64,000 nt of DNA, from NCBI GenBank assembly GCA_011109175.1, contig RDEW01000008.1, positions 815,954 through 879,953 on the forward strand, written 5' to 3'. The DNA comes from Dicyema japonicum (Eukaryota > Animalia > Dicyemida). The translations under genes and the position numbers were made by a program. Position 1 is the stretch's first letter, and each line of letters opens with the position of its first letter. A model generated the notes under the pieces. The model worked only from the letters and a program-made list of their open reading frames with translations. It was not told the DNA's origin and ran no database searches. Of this stretch, positions 24,645-36,309 are shown one piece after another.

Positions 24645-26693
24645 TCACTTTTTTTTTTCTTGGGTGTATGCCTTTATAGACAATCCGGTTCCGCAGTGAA
24701 GTTCAACTATTCCTTTAATATTCCACTTGTTTTGACATCCGATGGCTTGTACGTTAAACTTGGATCCTCTCCAAGTAGCGATCCTAAGTCTTAATTTCCC
24801 ATGTTCAGCCGGTTTGGTTTCTTTATATTTCAAGAATTAAGGCTCAGCAATCAGACAGAAAATACATCTCAAAAAGGTAAAAACAAGGAAAAAAACTGAA
24901 ACTGTTTTATTATCACAAAACAATGATGCCAAGTCAAAATTACAGACATACATTGAATTATATTAACTATTACTCTCCACGTGCAGGTTTTGTGAGATGA
25001 TCCTCCAAGTTCTACTAATTTTGAGCTGGACGAGATTCGACAATGGATTATACATGCATCCCACTATTCCTTTAATAATGCCTACTGATTTCCAATATCT
25101 CAAAGAGATTCGAGTGTGGATTCTACGTGCATCCAGTTGTTTCTTGATAACCTCTATGGGTTTCAATATTTCCCGAGATTTCCATTTCTCCCAGGCTCAC
25201 TAGAGGCATGAAAAACAGGGGCTTTCATCAGCCAGGAAACTGAGTATACATTTCAAACTACCGACCATTAACCACGTGGCTAACTGGCCATCGGCATAAG
25301 AAAATAAACCCGAAATCACCAAGCAATCAACATTTTATCAAGTGAAGAAAAATAGCACAAAACTATTAAATCAGCGAGAAAGCTGTTATTGTAGCCATAA
25401 ACTAGCATATGGGATATACAATGAGTTGATTTCTTCATTGTACTGAAAATCTTTCATTTCTTGAAAATACTCCAAATTATTAATTTTCCTCAAAGTTTTA
25501 TTAGCCTGGAAATTAAAACCTAAAAATATCAGCATTTTCAATGAAAGTTCAATTTCGTTCTGCAATAAAAGTTATAAACCAACTTTACATTTATAAAAGT
25601 CCACCAGGAAGCTTAATTTCCGTTCCTGAACAAGTGACCACGGTACCCTTTGACTTTGAAATTTCTTCGAGTCTGTTTAACTTGCACACGTGAGTTTCAT
25701 AAATTTGAATCCAATATTCGGTGGAATTGTGGAGGTGGCTGACAGTCGAGGAATTTATTATCAAATCCTGAAATTTTAGAAATGATAACGTCCTCGTCGA
25801 AGTTCAAAAAACTCGTTTTGATATGATCTGTGAGATTCGAGCAGTCAATTTGGTAACCAGAGTCAAATTTTAGCTAAATTAGTCCAACTTTAACATTTTG
25901 CAGATCCTCAGTGGCCTTAGTGAAAATGTCGGACGTCGAGCTCGCTTTCGAGAGCCTTTCGACAATATCATTAATTTCCGAGACAACAAGATCGTCAGAA
26001 TAGAAAAATCTCTGAAATTTAGATACCGAACATCTAGTAGCTCCTCGAGTTCTTCATTGAAGAGGTGAACCATGCAACTTAGTTCCTTGTATTTGAGGGC
26101 AAACAGATTGCGTTTTTTTGAATTTTGAGAATCTGCTTAAATTCAACTAAAACCTTCAAATTGGTGGATCTCTTGTGTCCTGGAAAAACCGATGACTTTT
26201 TAGCGACAAAGCCTTTTTGTGCGTTTTTTTGAACTTGGACTGCCTTTTCCGCAAATGTATAATAATCTGGGTTATTTCCTTAAAACCGAATTTTGGGATT
26301 CTTTGTGTAAATTTTGTATTTCTTCAATTCGCATTACTTTCTCGTCAAGAAAATCATTCAGGCTAGTCTTATCCCGTAATTCCTCCATGATGGAATTTTT
26401 GAACAAGTTTATTGCCGACGTTAAACGTCTAATTTGAGTATTTATGGTGGCTCACTGGTTTTCTAGTGGTTGGATCTTTTCGTGAAATTCAATCGTGGCG
26501 GCATTGGCTTGCTAGTTAATTTTAGCATTAATTCACCTGAATATAGGAATTTGAGATTTTGATTATTTTGTAAATAATTTCTGGAAGATTATTTATATTT
26601 GATACAATAAAATTTGTTGGGAAATAGGGAACTCTTTTTCTTTGCTTTCAAAATTTGAATTAATTTATTTAAATCTGAAGCAATATCAACCAT
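24645..26693 (-). CDS. Unidentified multi-exon gene, coiled-coil-rich N-terminus
   Basis: ATG at 26693 after an AT-rich spacer. Successive open segments (NNLPEIIYKIIKISNSYIQ / QANAATIEFHEKIQPLENQ / RLTSAINLFKNSIMEELRDK..) are joined by GT-AG micro-introns like those of neighbouring genes. The full model is not resolved. Confidence 0.4.
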
Positions 26694-26769
26694 TATGGTA
26701 ATTAAGTTTATTAAAATTTATTTTACATTTAAAATTAAATTTTCGAAATTAAAATAAATAATTTTATAT

Positions 26770-27000
26770 TTTCATATCGAACATAGTGTGCCAATAATAA
26801 TCTGTCCCCCTTTCTTGTTGTTCAACTTATTCCTCAGTGACCTGGAAGACCAAACCTGCGACAACCCCATGATTCTGACATGCTTGGATAATACAATTAT
26901 TGTTTCTAACGACCGATATGTTCAGAAGTCTTCGGATATCTACAAAAGACTGTTCGACCAATGGTCTCCATTTTACTTAATATAAGACGATTCTTAGGCA
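26770..27000 (+). mobile_element. LINE RT fragment (family A-like)
   Basis: ICPPFLLFNLFLSDL..LTCLDNTIIVSNDRYVQKS is the degenerate GSxLSPxLFN..YxDD region. Confidence 0.5.
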
Positions 27001-27099
27001 AGAACCAACAATTTCATACAAACCTTCTGAAAGATTAATGAAATTTTTAATGGATTAGCTTTAACGAATATCAGTACTATAAGATTGGTTAACCATTAT

Positions 27100-27838
27100 T
27101 TATTAATTTTTTAATAACGTGCGCATCAACGTGCTTATGGGTAAATCAGTTCGTCGTTCTTATAAAGATTCTTATTTGTCATTTGGATTTATATGCAAAG
27201 ATAAAAATAAACTACCTCAATGTCTAATTTGCATGGAAGTTTTGGCAAGTGATGCTATGGTTCCTAGCAAACTAAAGAGACATTTTACTTCCAAGCATCC
27301 GGACTATTCCGAAAAATCTGTGGATTATTTTATCCATTTGAAAAAAACAACTTAAGTATTATTTAGTTTTTACTATGAATCGTAGATCTGATGTTCAGTG
27401 AAACTTTTTTAAACACAAAGGAATCATTGAAATGTTCATACCTGATCTCAGAAGTGATAGCAAAACAACTAAAACCTCACATTATTGGCGAAAACTTGAT
27501 AATCCCTGCTTGTCGTATTATTGCTCGGACTATGTTTGGTCATAAATATGAACAAAAAATAATGAAGATACCTTTGTCAGATAATACTGTTTCTCGTCGG
27601 ATTTGTGCTGAAATGCGAATGCCTTTGTCAACCATTCGACCTGATATTGATGATATATGCAAAAACAATAATAATTAAGAATTCATTTTTTATTAATAAA
27701 AATTTGGGCATTAAATTACCAATTTTTGTACTTAGTTTTACACATCTTAAAAATTTAATTTTTTTATTTTTTAATGTGTGCCGTGGATTATTTTTTTACG
27801 ATTAGTGTGCCGCGAGAATTATTTTTTGAAAAGCTCTG
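27100..27838 (+). mobile_element. Internally deleted hAT (Buster/ZBED5-like) element
   Basis: RSYKDSYLSFGF..PQCLICMEVLASDAMVPSKLKRHFTSKH (BED-like finger), SYLISEVIAKQLKPHIIGENLIIPAC..IPLSDNTVSRRI. Right TIR TTTGAAAAGCTCTG ends at 27838 before GTCTAGAT. Confidence 0.8.
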
Positions 27839-28112
27839 GTCTAGATGTTGCAATCAAGCTTCCAGAACTCCTATAAGTCATTAGTGGTCAGGGAAGGTTA
27901 GATTGATAATATCACCAATCTTGTTAAGTGAGGGAAAATTTCGGAAACGAATGGCTTTGGTTACTACAAAATCATGAATTTTCAAAATTTACATTTACCA
28001 TGTCAACAACTGATGTTTTCATGAAATAAAACGCAAAATTAGAATTTTAAGTTTTAATTAATTAAAATATTTTTAAATAAATAAAATTTATTTAAATTTT
28101 GATATTTGTGTA

Positions 28113-28565
28113 ATGGTGAGAGTTAAACGACGTTACTTTGTGTCTGAGTTATATTCTCCAGATTACAACATTTCTGGTATTACCCCAGCCAAAATTGCCA
28201 CATCAGTCAAGAAGATGACCAGTTTGTTGTATGGAGACTACGGGTTAGCCACTCTTCTTAGCCAATTTAAAATAATATACTTCAATCCGCACGAGAAAGT
28301 GATCATCACAAGAGTTGCACGTGATTTCCAGAAAATGATGTCAACAATTCTCCCCCTTATAGTTTCCGTGGAAACTACTCCCGTTGTGGTGAAGACTGTT
28401 CACGTTTCTGGGAGTATTCGTCAGTGCTGCCGACATTTCACGATCTACCAAAATGTAAAAGTGAGGAAGTTGCTTTGTAGTGCGAAAGATCAAAGAGAAG
28501 AAAGTGAAATACTCAAACGATTCAATGGAGTAATGTCAAAACTCAAAGAATTACAACGTGAATGA
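28113..28565 (+). CDS. POP5: RNase P/MRP subunit POP5 (Rpp14/Pop5 family), intronless
   Basis: MVRVKRRYFVSEL..LYGDYGLA..IIYFNP..IITRVARDF..VVKTVHVSGSIRQC matches the POP5 pattern; intact 150-aa ORF. Confidence 0.9.
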   Translation: MVRVKRRYFVSELYSPDYNISGITPAKIATSVKKMTSLLYGDYGLATLLSQFKIIYFNPHEKVIITRVARDFQKMMSTILPLIVSVETTPVVVKTVHVSGSIRQCCRHFTIYQNVKVRKLLCSAKDQREESEILKRFNGVMSKLKELQRE

Positions 28566-28627
28566 TTTTTTGAATTTATATTTTTAATAAATTTTTATTT
28601 TTAAAATTATTATATTTCACTATATTA

Positions 28628-29979
28628 TGTCACACGCGTAACGCATAGGCAGCCTGTTACATTTTGTCGACCTTGAAAAGGTCTTTTGATTATCCGACAT
28701 TTAATTTTGTATATCCGATTTATATCGTGATTTAATCCTGTTAAATTAGTTTTTTATTCATAAATATTATGATTATAAAGATTTTATTTTTTTATAGCGG
28801 TAAACCTAGATTTCTAGCGTGATTTATAGCATGGAAGATTATTTTGCTGCAATGGCTTCTTACAAGGGTTTTGTGAAAGATTGCGTTGAATATCAAACTT
28901 TAAAAGATGCTTTGCGTGATAAATTTCCAGAAAATCTTCCGAGGCACAGAAAATATAGGCTTGTAAAGAAGATAGAGAATTTTTCCATTATCAATGACAG
29001 GTATTGTAAATTTGCAATAATTTTAGACTATCTTAAATCAACTGATCCCAAGTTAGTCATATCCCTGGATAATGAAACCGAAATGGAGCATGTTGCGAAA
29101 TCGTTGCACGAGTTTTCATACAGTGGAGTCAATAAAATTGAGTATGAATGTCGACAAAGATACTTCACTGTAAAGAATGAGATTATCAGAAAAGTCATTC
29201 GAAATTGTGAAGTCTGCAAAATTTCGCGTCTTTTAAAAGTTCGTGATTTTCTATAATTGTAGATTGGAGATATAAATCACCATGTGTTTGCTTCTTCTCC
29301 AAATGAACGTTTTCAGGTAGATCTAATAGACCTAAAAAAATTTTCAACATTAAATGAAAATTTGAAATGGATTTTAACGGTCATTGACATATATAGTAGA
29401 AAGATATCGATGAATTATCACATTATGACTTAGATAATTTAAGTGATGAGTGTGAGATTCCAGAACAAATTGACGATTTGGTTAATTGTTCGACTCCAGA
29501 ATCTATTGAAAATTCACGTAGTTTGATTTAAAAAATTTATATCTAGATCATTCCCAGTCAGATAATTTGTGTCCGAATGCGAAGAGATTCAATTTCGAAA
29601 TTAAATCGATTGAAGAAAATTCTAATTATTACAAAGCTATGAACAGGAAAATGAATGTTCATAATAGTAAATATACTTTTAACATGGGAGATAAAGTATG
29701 AATTAAAAACATTAATAAATAGGTTCGGGCTAAAAAGAACTTTGGAACAAATCCTTCTAAGTTTGAGTCTCAGTGTTATCCAGTTGCAGAAATAATTAAT
29801 TTGATAAATAAAAAATTCGAAAGGAGAAATATCGACTGTATTAATGAGTAGACTAAAAAAAGTTACTTAAATTTGGATTTTTTGTGGTTAATAAATCATT
29901 TATAAAATTAATTGAAGTCAATCTTGGTTCAAGGTTAATGCAACAGGCAGCCCATAGGTATCGCTTGGCCCATGTGACA
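28628..29979 (+). mobile_element. Ginger2/TDD-like (KRBA2-type) integrase DNA transposon, 1352 bp, decayed; 5-bp TSD TATTA
   Basis: Ends TGTCACA...TGTGACA with an imperfect TIR (shared GGC(A/T)GCCTGTT), flanked by TATTA on both sides. The ORF has an integrase zinc-binding segment (LHEFSYSGVNK..IIRKVIRNCEVC) followed by PNERFQVDLIDL..WILTVIDIYSR (rve core start). Confidence 0.7.
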
Positions 29980-30699
29980 TATTATCCCAGGCGAGGACTG
30001 TTACCCAGGGGACATCAAAGTGGGGCTCGAATACTTACATTGTGCGCATAGTCCATGTGAAAGGAACAAATTGATTTCTTTATTTGTCTTGGGCCACCAG
30101 GATTCGGTGTGAAACTCGATTTCTACCTTTTAGAATCTATGGAATTTATTTCCTAGAGGAGTTAACTGTAAATTCATAATTATCGCCTCCGCCACATCCG
30201 AGTAAATTATTTTTCCTCTCCCCATACAATGTGATGTCCTTCTACAAGTTAGTTGGAAGCAAAGATGAACCTTTATTTCACGTTGATAATAAACCACTCT
30301 GACCAATTATTTATTTAGCTACACTGACTTCACTAATATGTAAAAGGCTGGATTCAGTAGAGTCATTGGTTGTCCGGAAAGGATTTATTCATAATATCAC
30401 TAAGTTGGAGGGAACCAAAATTACATCTTAGAAGGGAAGTATCCCAATTCACAATTTTTTGGATGTGCCCTTATTCGTCAAATTAATGATGGGACAATGA
30501 TGGATCCCGAGAGGAGTCCTTAGAAAAAGGATCCATCATATTCAACCGGAGATCAAGTGGTGGAACTACTGGGTTTGCTGACTTCTTGGTTTCTTATTGT
30601 AGCCAGACGTCCCAGTCTTTAAAAAACAGTAATTTCCTTTCTCAACAGCACTAACGCAGAGCGTGAACTTTTAGAATTCTACTGAATCTAAAATTTGCA

Positions 30700-32990
30700 C
30701 AAAAGTCCAATTCCAATATTGATGCGTGGTTTGTTAGAGGACATGATGATTCTGTTGACTTAAGCCATAAAGTCAGTTTGAGCACATGGGAATATCCCGT
30801 GGCTTCCAAGGCTCACCTAACGACTTTTTTCAAGGCCATGTGTCTGGGAATTCTTCCTGCAGGAGAGGGGTTGTAGGTTAAAACAGTCGATTTGGTCTCC
30901 GCATCGACACGGATGTGGAACACAGACTCATAATCCCAGTCGTAATGAGATCCCAATATGGACGCATTCATCATCCAGAAAGATACCCAAAACTCCATTG
31001 AGAACGGCGTTAAGCCAGGTACCGCTCTCGGAAGACGCCCCCGACAACAAACAGGTACGGCGATGTTGGCTAGATGACACTAGCAAATCTTAGAAAGAAT
31101 TCCGGCATATCCAGGCGGAAGGCAGTGAAAACTGATATATACGGCTCCAAGCCTCACAAGCATGGCGGCGTCCTGGTCAATAGAGAATTTAGGAGGAAGT
31201 GTAGACAAGGGTGTTACAGGCCATTAGCGACGATGAATTTGCAAGGAGAGAAAGGTCTACAAGATTGCTAATTCCAAGCCCTCCAGTCTTCCATGATTAA
31301 TTTTCGAACCGGACGTTGAAGATATGCTCCGCTGTCATACGGAAGATCCCGTTAATCTGTGCGAGTTGGTTACACTGAGTGAAATAGGGAGCAGTCCTCA
31401 GGACATATGCAAGCTTCTGTACGTTGAGACTGTTTTTCAAGAGGAATAATGACGTATACATGTCAAGTAGACACAAGCGGTCCAGAGACTCTCCGAGTAA
31501 CAGTCGTTTTTGACGTATAGCTCTCCCCATTGCATTTATGGTGATTGGGGATTCGAGGAATATAAGGTCTTCATCGGGTATGGAGGTAGGCTGTATGACT
31601 GATTCACAAATTCGAAAATATTATGGCATCTCTCAATACACGCCTCCAGAATATGTCCCTCTTTAGACTATTGAAGGTGTTCTTGATGTCAAGTTTGACC
31701 AGGACATCTTCCCGGGAATCTTCTATACTGCAGTTTAGGAATGATCTTACTGAATGGACAGCGGCCTCGCATCCTAGGCGAATACCGACGTATAGTTGAG
31801 ATGGGTTCAAGAATTTTGTGACGAGTCGAATAGAATGTCTTGAGGCAAATTTAGCAGCCAGTCTTCTGAAGACAAACCCGACCGCAACCGGTCGTACTCC
31901 GCAGCCCTTATTATCGAAGGCTATAGAATTGACGGTGAACAAGACACGGCGGATAACTTCTGGAAGAACCCCAGACAGGATCCGATTTATAAGTGAAGTA
32001 ATTGAATTCGTAAGACGAAGTCCCTGGTCTCCTACGAATAAAGAGGTTAGATCTTTCAGATAGCCAGGTCTCATTCCATCGAACCCGCCACAGCAATTAG
32101 GGGCAAAATTCCATATTGCGAGGAAAACCTCATCATTTGATGCAGTCAAGGGACTCACACCGAATGGGGGAGTGACTGGGAGTAGGTTTTGGGGTGGTAG
32201 AGGATGCTCTTTCAGTAAAAATATTGTAGGTGTCGGGAGTCGGTTTTCGCGAAAGTGCTATGATGGCTGCGCTGGTACCACCTTCGATTAAATTCGACCA
32301 AACCGTTCCTTTGAAACGGAGGATTTCGACATTTTTCATTCGGAGCACGTGTCTCCCTTGTACGGCTATAAGCTGTGGGACAACTGGGGATGTGGGTTCC
32401 TCGTATAAAAGAACGAATGTTGGTTCTCATGGTGGTAGCGAGAGACTCCTTTCCGTGACTATCTAGATCAAGTCCCAATGCGGAATGCGCAAAACTGAAT
32501 AAACGCTCCCAATCCAGTACTACGTTAGTTCGAAGGGCATCTTCGATCGTTTTGGAAATGGCCTCGCAGCTGCAGGTCGTACGGCCTTGGGGATCCTCAC
32601 AGGGATAGTCCGTGAAGAACGTAACTCAGAGATGAGGCGTAAGAATTATTTGGGGTCCTTGGTTCATGGTAATTAACATTGACGCGGGCACGGGGACCTC
32701 TCTGCATAGGCCGAGGAATGACAGTCGTGCCATACTCCAAGCACGCTCGCTGCGGCTTGGGATAGCTTGATACACTCGAGGTGGAAGAAATCTTCACAAG
32801 CAGGGCAAGAGATCCCACGGTTCCGAGTTCTGACAAACCGACAGGATGAACACATCTCAGATGGCTTGGCCGGTACCTTTTTCCTCGAAATGGGAACACT
32901 CTTTTCATGGCTTTTCCCACAACAGGAATCACAGCAAAACAACTGTCGAACCACAAGAACAATTATTGGCTAAAAGTTCACGTCAGCAAT
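30700..32990 (-). mobile_element. CRE-clade RLE retrotransposon with N-terminal PHD-like finger; internally deleted and frameshifted
   Basis: CSSC..ISCPACEDFFHLEC..VW (PHD-like), HIPKAARPAA, GGFDGMRPGYLKDL..GVRPVAVGFVFRRLAAK..GCEAAVHSVR..LVKLDIKNTFNSLKRD (RT), SESGTWLNAV..IGISLRLG..PHPCRCG..PLSC (zinc knuckle region). RT motifs 4-7 are missing near 31560-31600. Confidence 0.85.
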
Positions 32991-33095
32991 TATCCTAAGA
33001 AATTGGCCTCATATTATTAAAAAACATAAAATTTATTTTTACTAATCTTTTTCAATTATTTATTAAAAATCAAAATTTCAAATTAAAAATTTTAT

Positions 33096-34260
33096 TATGC
33101 GTTTGAAAGCTTCTCGTTGCAATTATTCAAGGCTTAATTGTTTTCCGAAAACTCGAAATTCTAAGATATAAAGACAAAAATAATCCTACATCATGCAAAA
33201 CAATCACTCACAGATTTTCTGATTTATTCAATATTCGAATTTCGAGAAAGACGATGAATAATATTCTTAATTCCGAGAGTCCATATTAAAAATACTAAGT
33301 TTTGAATAGATGGATTTGATGTTAGGGATTTCAAGAATTCACAAGGATTTCTTACAAGATTCAAAAAAATACATCGTTTTCAAATGCATAAATTATATGG
33401 GAAATGAATATAATACAAACCCAACCTAGAAGGATTCTTAGATACTTTGAAGATATTTCAAACATTATTAAGAAGACGAAATTACAATATGGTCGAGATA
33501 GGGCTTTATTATAAACTGATTCAGTCCGAAATGGTGAATTCTGAAAAAAAGACGAAATAATATAGCTACGGATTATGTCGACTATTCCACGTGGAACCAC
33601 GTTAGTGTGGTGCTATGTGGCTACTTGAATTGAAGATATTTGGTTTCTTCTGTTCCTCTTCTTCCCAGTTGGCTCCAGGGAGCTTGCATTGTTAGCGTGC
33701 GTCGTGTGGTGCTGAGGAAAGCAGGATAACCTGAATTTTTCATTCTGGCTATGAAGGTGGTTTTCTAGTTCAATAAATTTAAATGTTCTTTTGATGTTAT
33801 TTTGGATAAAGATTACATAGAAAGCAATTGAGGACTCTGAAACAGATTATACATTTATTCCTTATTGGCGTATATAAAATTACTCCTTTAGAATCGAAAA
33901 AATCGGCCGCGGCATACCATTGTTCTGAGCATATCATTAGAAATTAGACATTTCCATCAGAAATGTGTGTAAAAATGTTTAAATTATAAATATTCAAATT
34001 GATTTACGAATATTAGAGGCCTCAGTTGATCCATTTATTTTGGAAGCACACGCTTGGCTAATGTCAAAAAAGATCTATCTCTTCCCTACTTCATTGTATG
34101 AGTTCAATGGCATATATAAATGGGCTGATACCGGTACAGAGTACTTTTACTTCAACCGTGAGAACTGGGTAAACCTTAATTATATGTTTACTCTTAACCC
34201 TTTTCAGCATATCCGGGATTATTACAAAACCTCTTCATCCACAACACACTAGTAGAACTT
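33096..34260 (+). other. Probable small unidentified gene(s) with micro-introns
   Basis: Coding-like segments (GFLDTLKIFQTLLRRRNYNMVEIGLYYKLIQSE; EASVDPFILEAHAW..YKWADTGTEYFYFNRENW) bounded by GT..AG; AATAAA at ~33771. No family recognised. Confidence 0.25.
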
Positions 34261-35030
34261 GACCTCTCTTATATTATAAATTTATTTATAATATTAATGA
34301 CGTTTATTTAAATTGTTTATTTATATTTAGTATAAATCGATTTAATTACTAATAAGTGTGTTGATCCCAAGATGATGATGACCAAGTGTGTGATTCGTCA
34401 AACCTATTATTATTTTAAGGCAACTAAAACAAAGTTATCTCCTTCCGCAACACCGTGGACAATCTTGCATGTTAGATTCATCCAACTTATTCACTTTATA
34501 ATAATCGCTAAACTATAAATCTTCCATTTTTGACTTTCGATTATGTTAGGCCACAAAATTTAACAAATTATTTTTTGAAAATCATATTCTCGTGGTACCT
34601 CCCTTTGGCTACCCACCAAGCCTAGAGTTTTGATAGCTCGCCGTATTCTAAGTAAGGTTGATTGTAAGAACATTCGAGAAGTAATAATTTCGTTGCTCCC
34701 AATACAAGACTTCCCAAATTCATCCAATTGGAATCTGATCTGATTAAACCCACATGTTCGTCCATCCGCTGTTTCCTTATTTCACAACCCTTTTTCCGAT
34801 GTTTACAAGTCCAGGGGACGAGACAAAATATCCACCTTGAGGAGATGGACTCATTTACTATAGTTATGCCATAGTGCAGTAGCACTATCCCCCGAAGCAA
34901 ACAACCAAAATATTATAAACCCAATGTCCCCAAATGAAAGAAAGGCCAACAAAAGTTATGACCTCCACAGTTACTATTAATAGAACCGATCAATGTGAAT
35001 ATATAAAACAAAAGTGATTTACTAAAAATA

Positions 35031-35551
35031 ATGGTGAATAGCCCCAAGCAGATACGTATGTGTATAATGGGTAGTCCTCTAACTGGGAAAACATCTTTCA
35101 TAGAGAGCATCATGTTCCCCACCAAGAGCGACCGTACGAAGCCACCGTAGAGAACTGCTACAACCTTAAAATCAGAGTTTTGAAGAAAGAAATCAGCCTT
35201 AAAGTGATCGACTCAGGTGGGACCTGTTTCTTCCCTTCAATGGAGAGAATCAACATTGTGGAGTCGGAGGCATTCATCCTCATGTTTGCCCAACATGAAC
35301 AGCAGTCCTTCAAACACGTGTACAACCTACAAATGAAGATACGTAGCGTCAGAAAAGACTCTCCTCTAATTTATGTTGTGGCCAACGAGAAGCCCAATAA
35401 TTCAGAACTCTACTCTCACGAGGCTATCTACGAACGGTTGGGGCCCAACGTCTTCTTTGTTAACGTAAAGAGATACGAGGAGTCCATCCAAATACTAATG
35501 AAAATGGCCAATGATTTGGAAAAGTCGCGGATAAAACTGCGCAAAAATTAA
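35031..35551 (+). CDS. RASD/DIRAS-like small GTPase (~173 aa), one apparent 1-nt deletion at 35117-35120
   Basis: G1 MGSPLTGKTS, switch I YEATVENCY, G3 region VIDSGGTCFFPSMERINIVESEAFILMFA (cf. RASD DTSGNHPFPAMRRLSILTGDVFILVFS). The frame is continuous if one C is added to CCCC. Confidence 0.8.
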
Positions 35552-35568
35552 CTCATTAACTAATAAAT

Positions 35569-36309
35569 TTAGTCAGTTTCAGGATTTTTGAGAAAGTCGG
35601 GGAGGGGGAGGTTAAAACCCTCCTTCGCCTCATAGAAGGTGTAACTCAAAGTGATCTCGTCCACGTAGAACAGGGACGGGTTCTTCACGTAGTCAGGGTC
35701 AATGTAAAAAAGACTGGGAGGTCGACCTCTTCGTGGGGATTAAGGAATTGTTCCTCAAAGCAGAAACACTAGGATCCTGAAAGTTTAGTACCTGTATTTT
35801 ATTAAAATAGAATCCCGCCGATCCCGGGGTCACGTTGTAAGTCGAAATTCCGCAGATGGTCTTGTCGGTAGGGTTCTTTGCAGTGAAGAAGGCCAAAGCT
35901 GTCTCCCCCGGTCGAATTTTTATGGAGTACTGCTTTGGCTTGAAATTCCAGGCAATGGTTGATGCTTTGTTAGCGTAGAATTTGACAGTAATCACTCTGT
36001 CGGAAACGGGGACATTTGGCTTATATCCTTAGTGCTCTTCGCAAATCGGGGATCTCCCCCCCACCCCATAGACTGAATGAGATTAAGAATTACCTTGCAC
36101 AAAAGTTGATAGAGAGGCACGGAAGCGAATGAAACACCCACCATAAAGAGACCCAAGGCAGGGACAAGCATTGAAACCCTTTTGGCTCTCCACTTCCTAT
36201 CCGAATTAGGAGGTCGAGGGGAAGTCGAGTATTTTCTTAAACAGTAACTTAGAATATTTCTATGTCGGATGTAAAATTTTAAATCCACATTGAACAGTTT
36301 GTGAAACAT
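35569..36309 (-). CDS. COX11: Cytochrome c oxidase copper chaperone COX11, two micro-introns and two apparent 1-nt deletions
   Basis: [99 protein letters not shown]. Introns 36073-36093 (21 nt) and 35769-35791 (23 nt). Confidence 0.92.
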
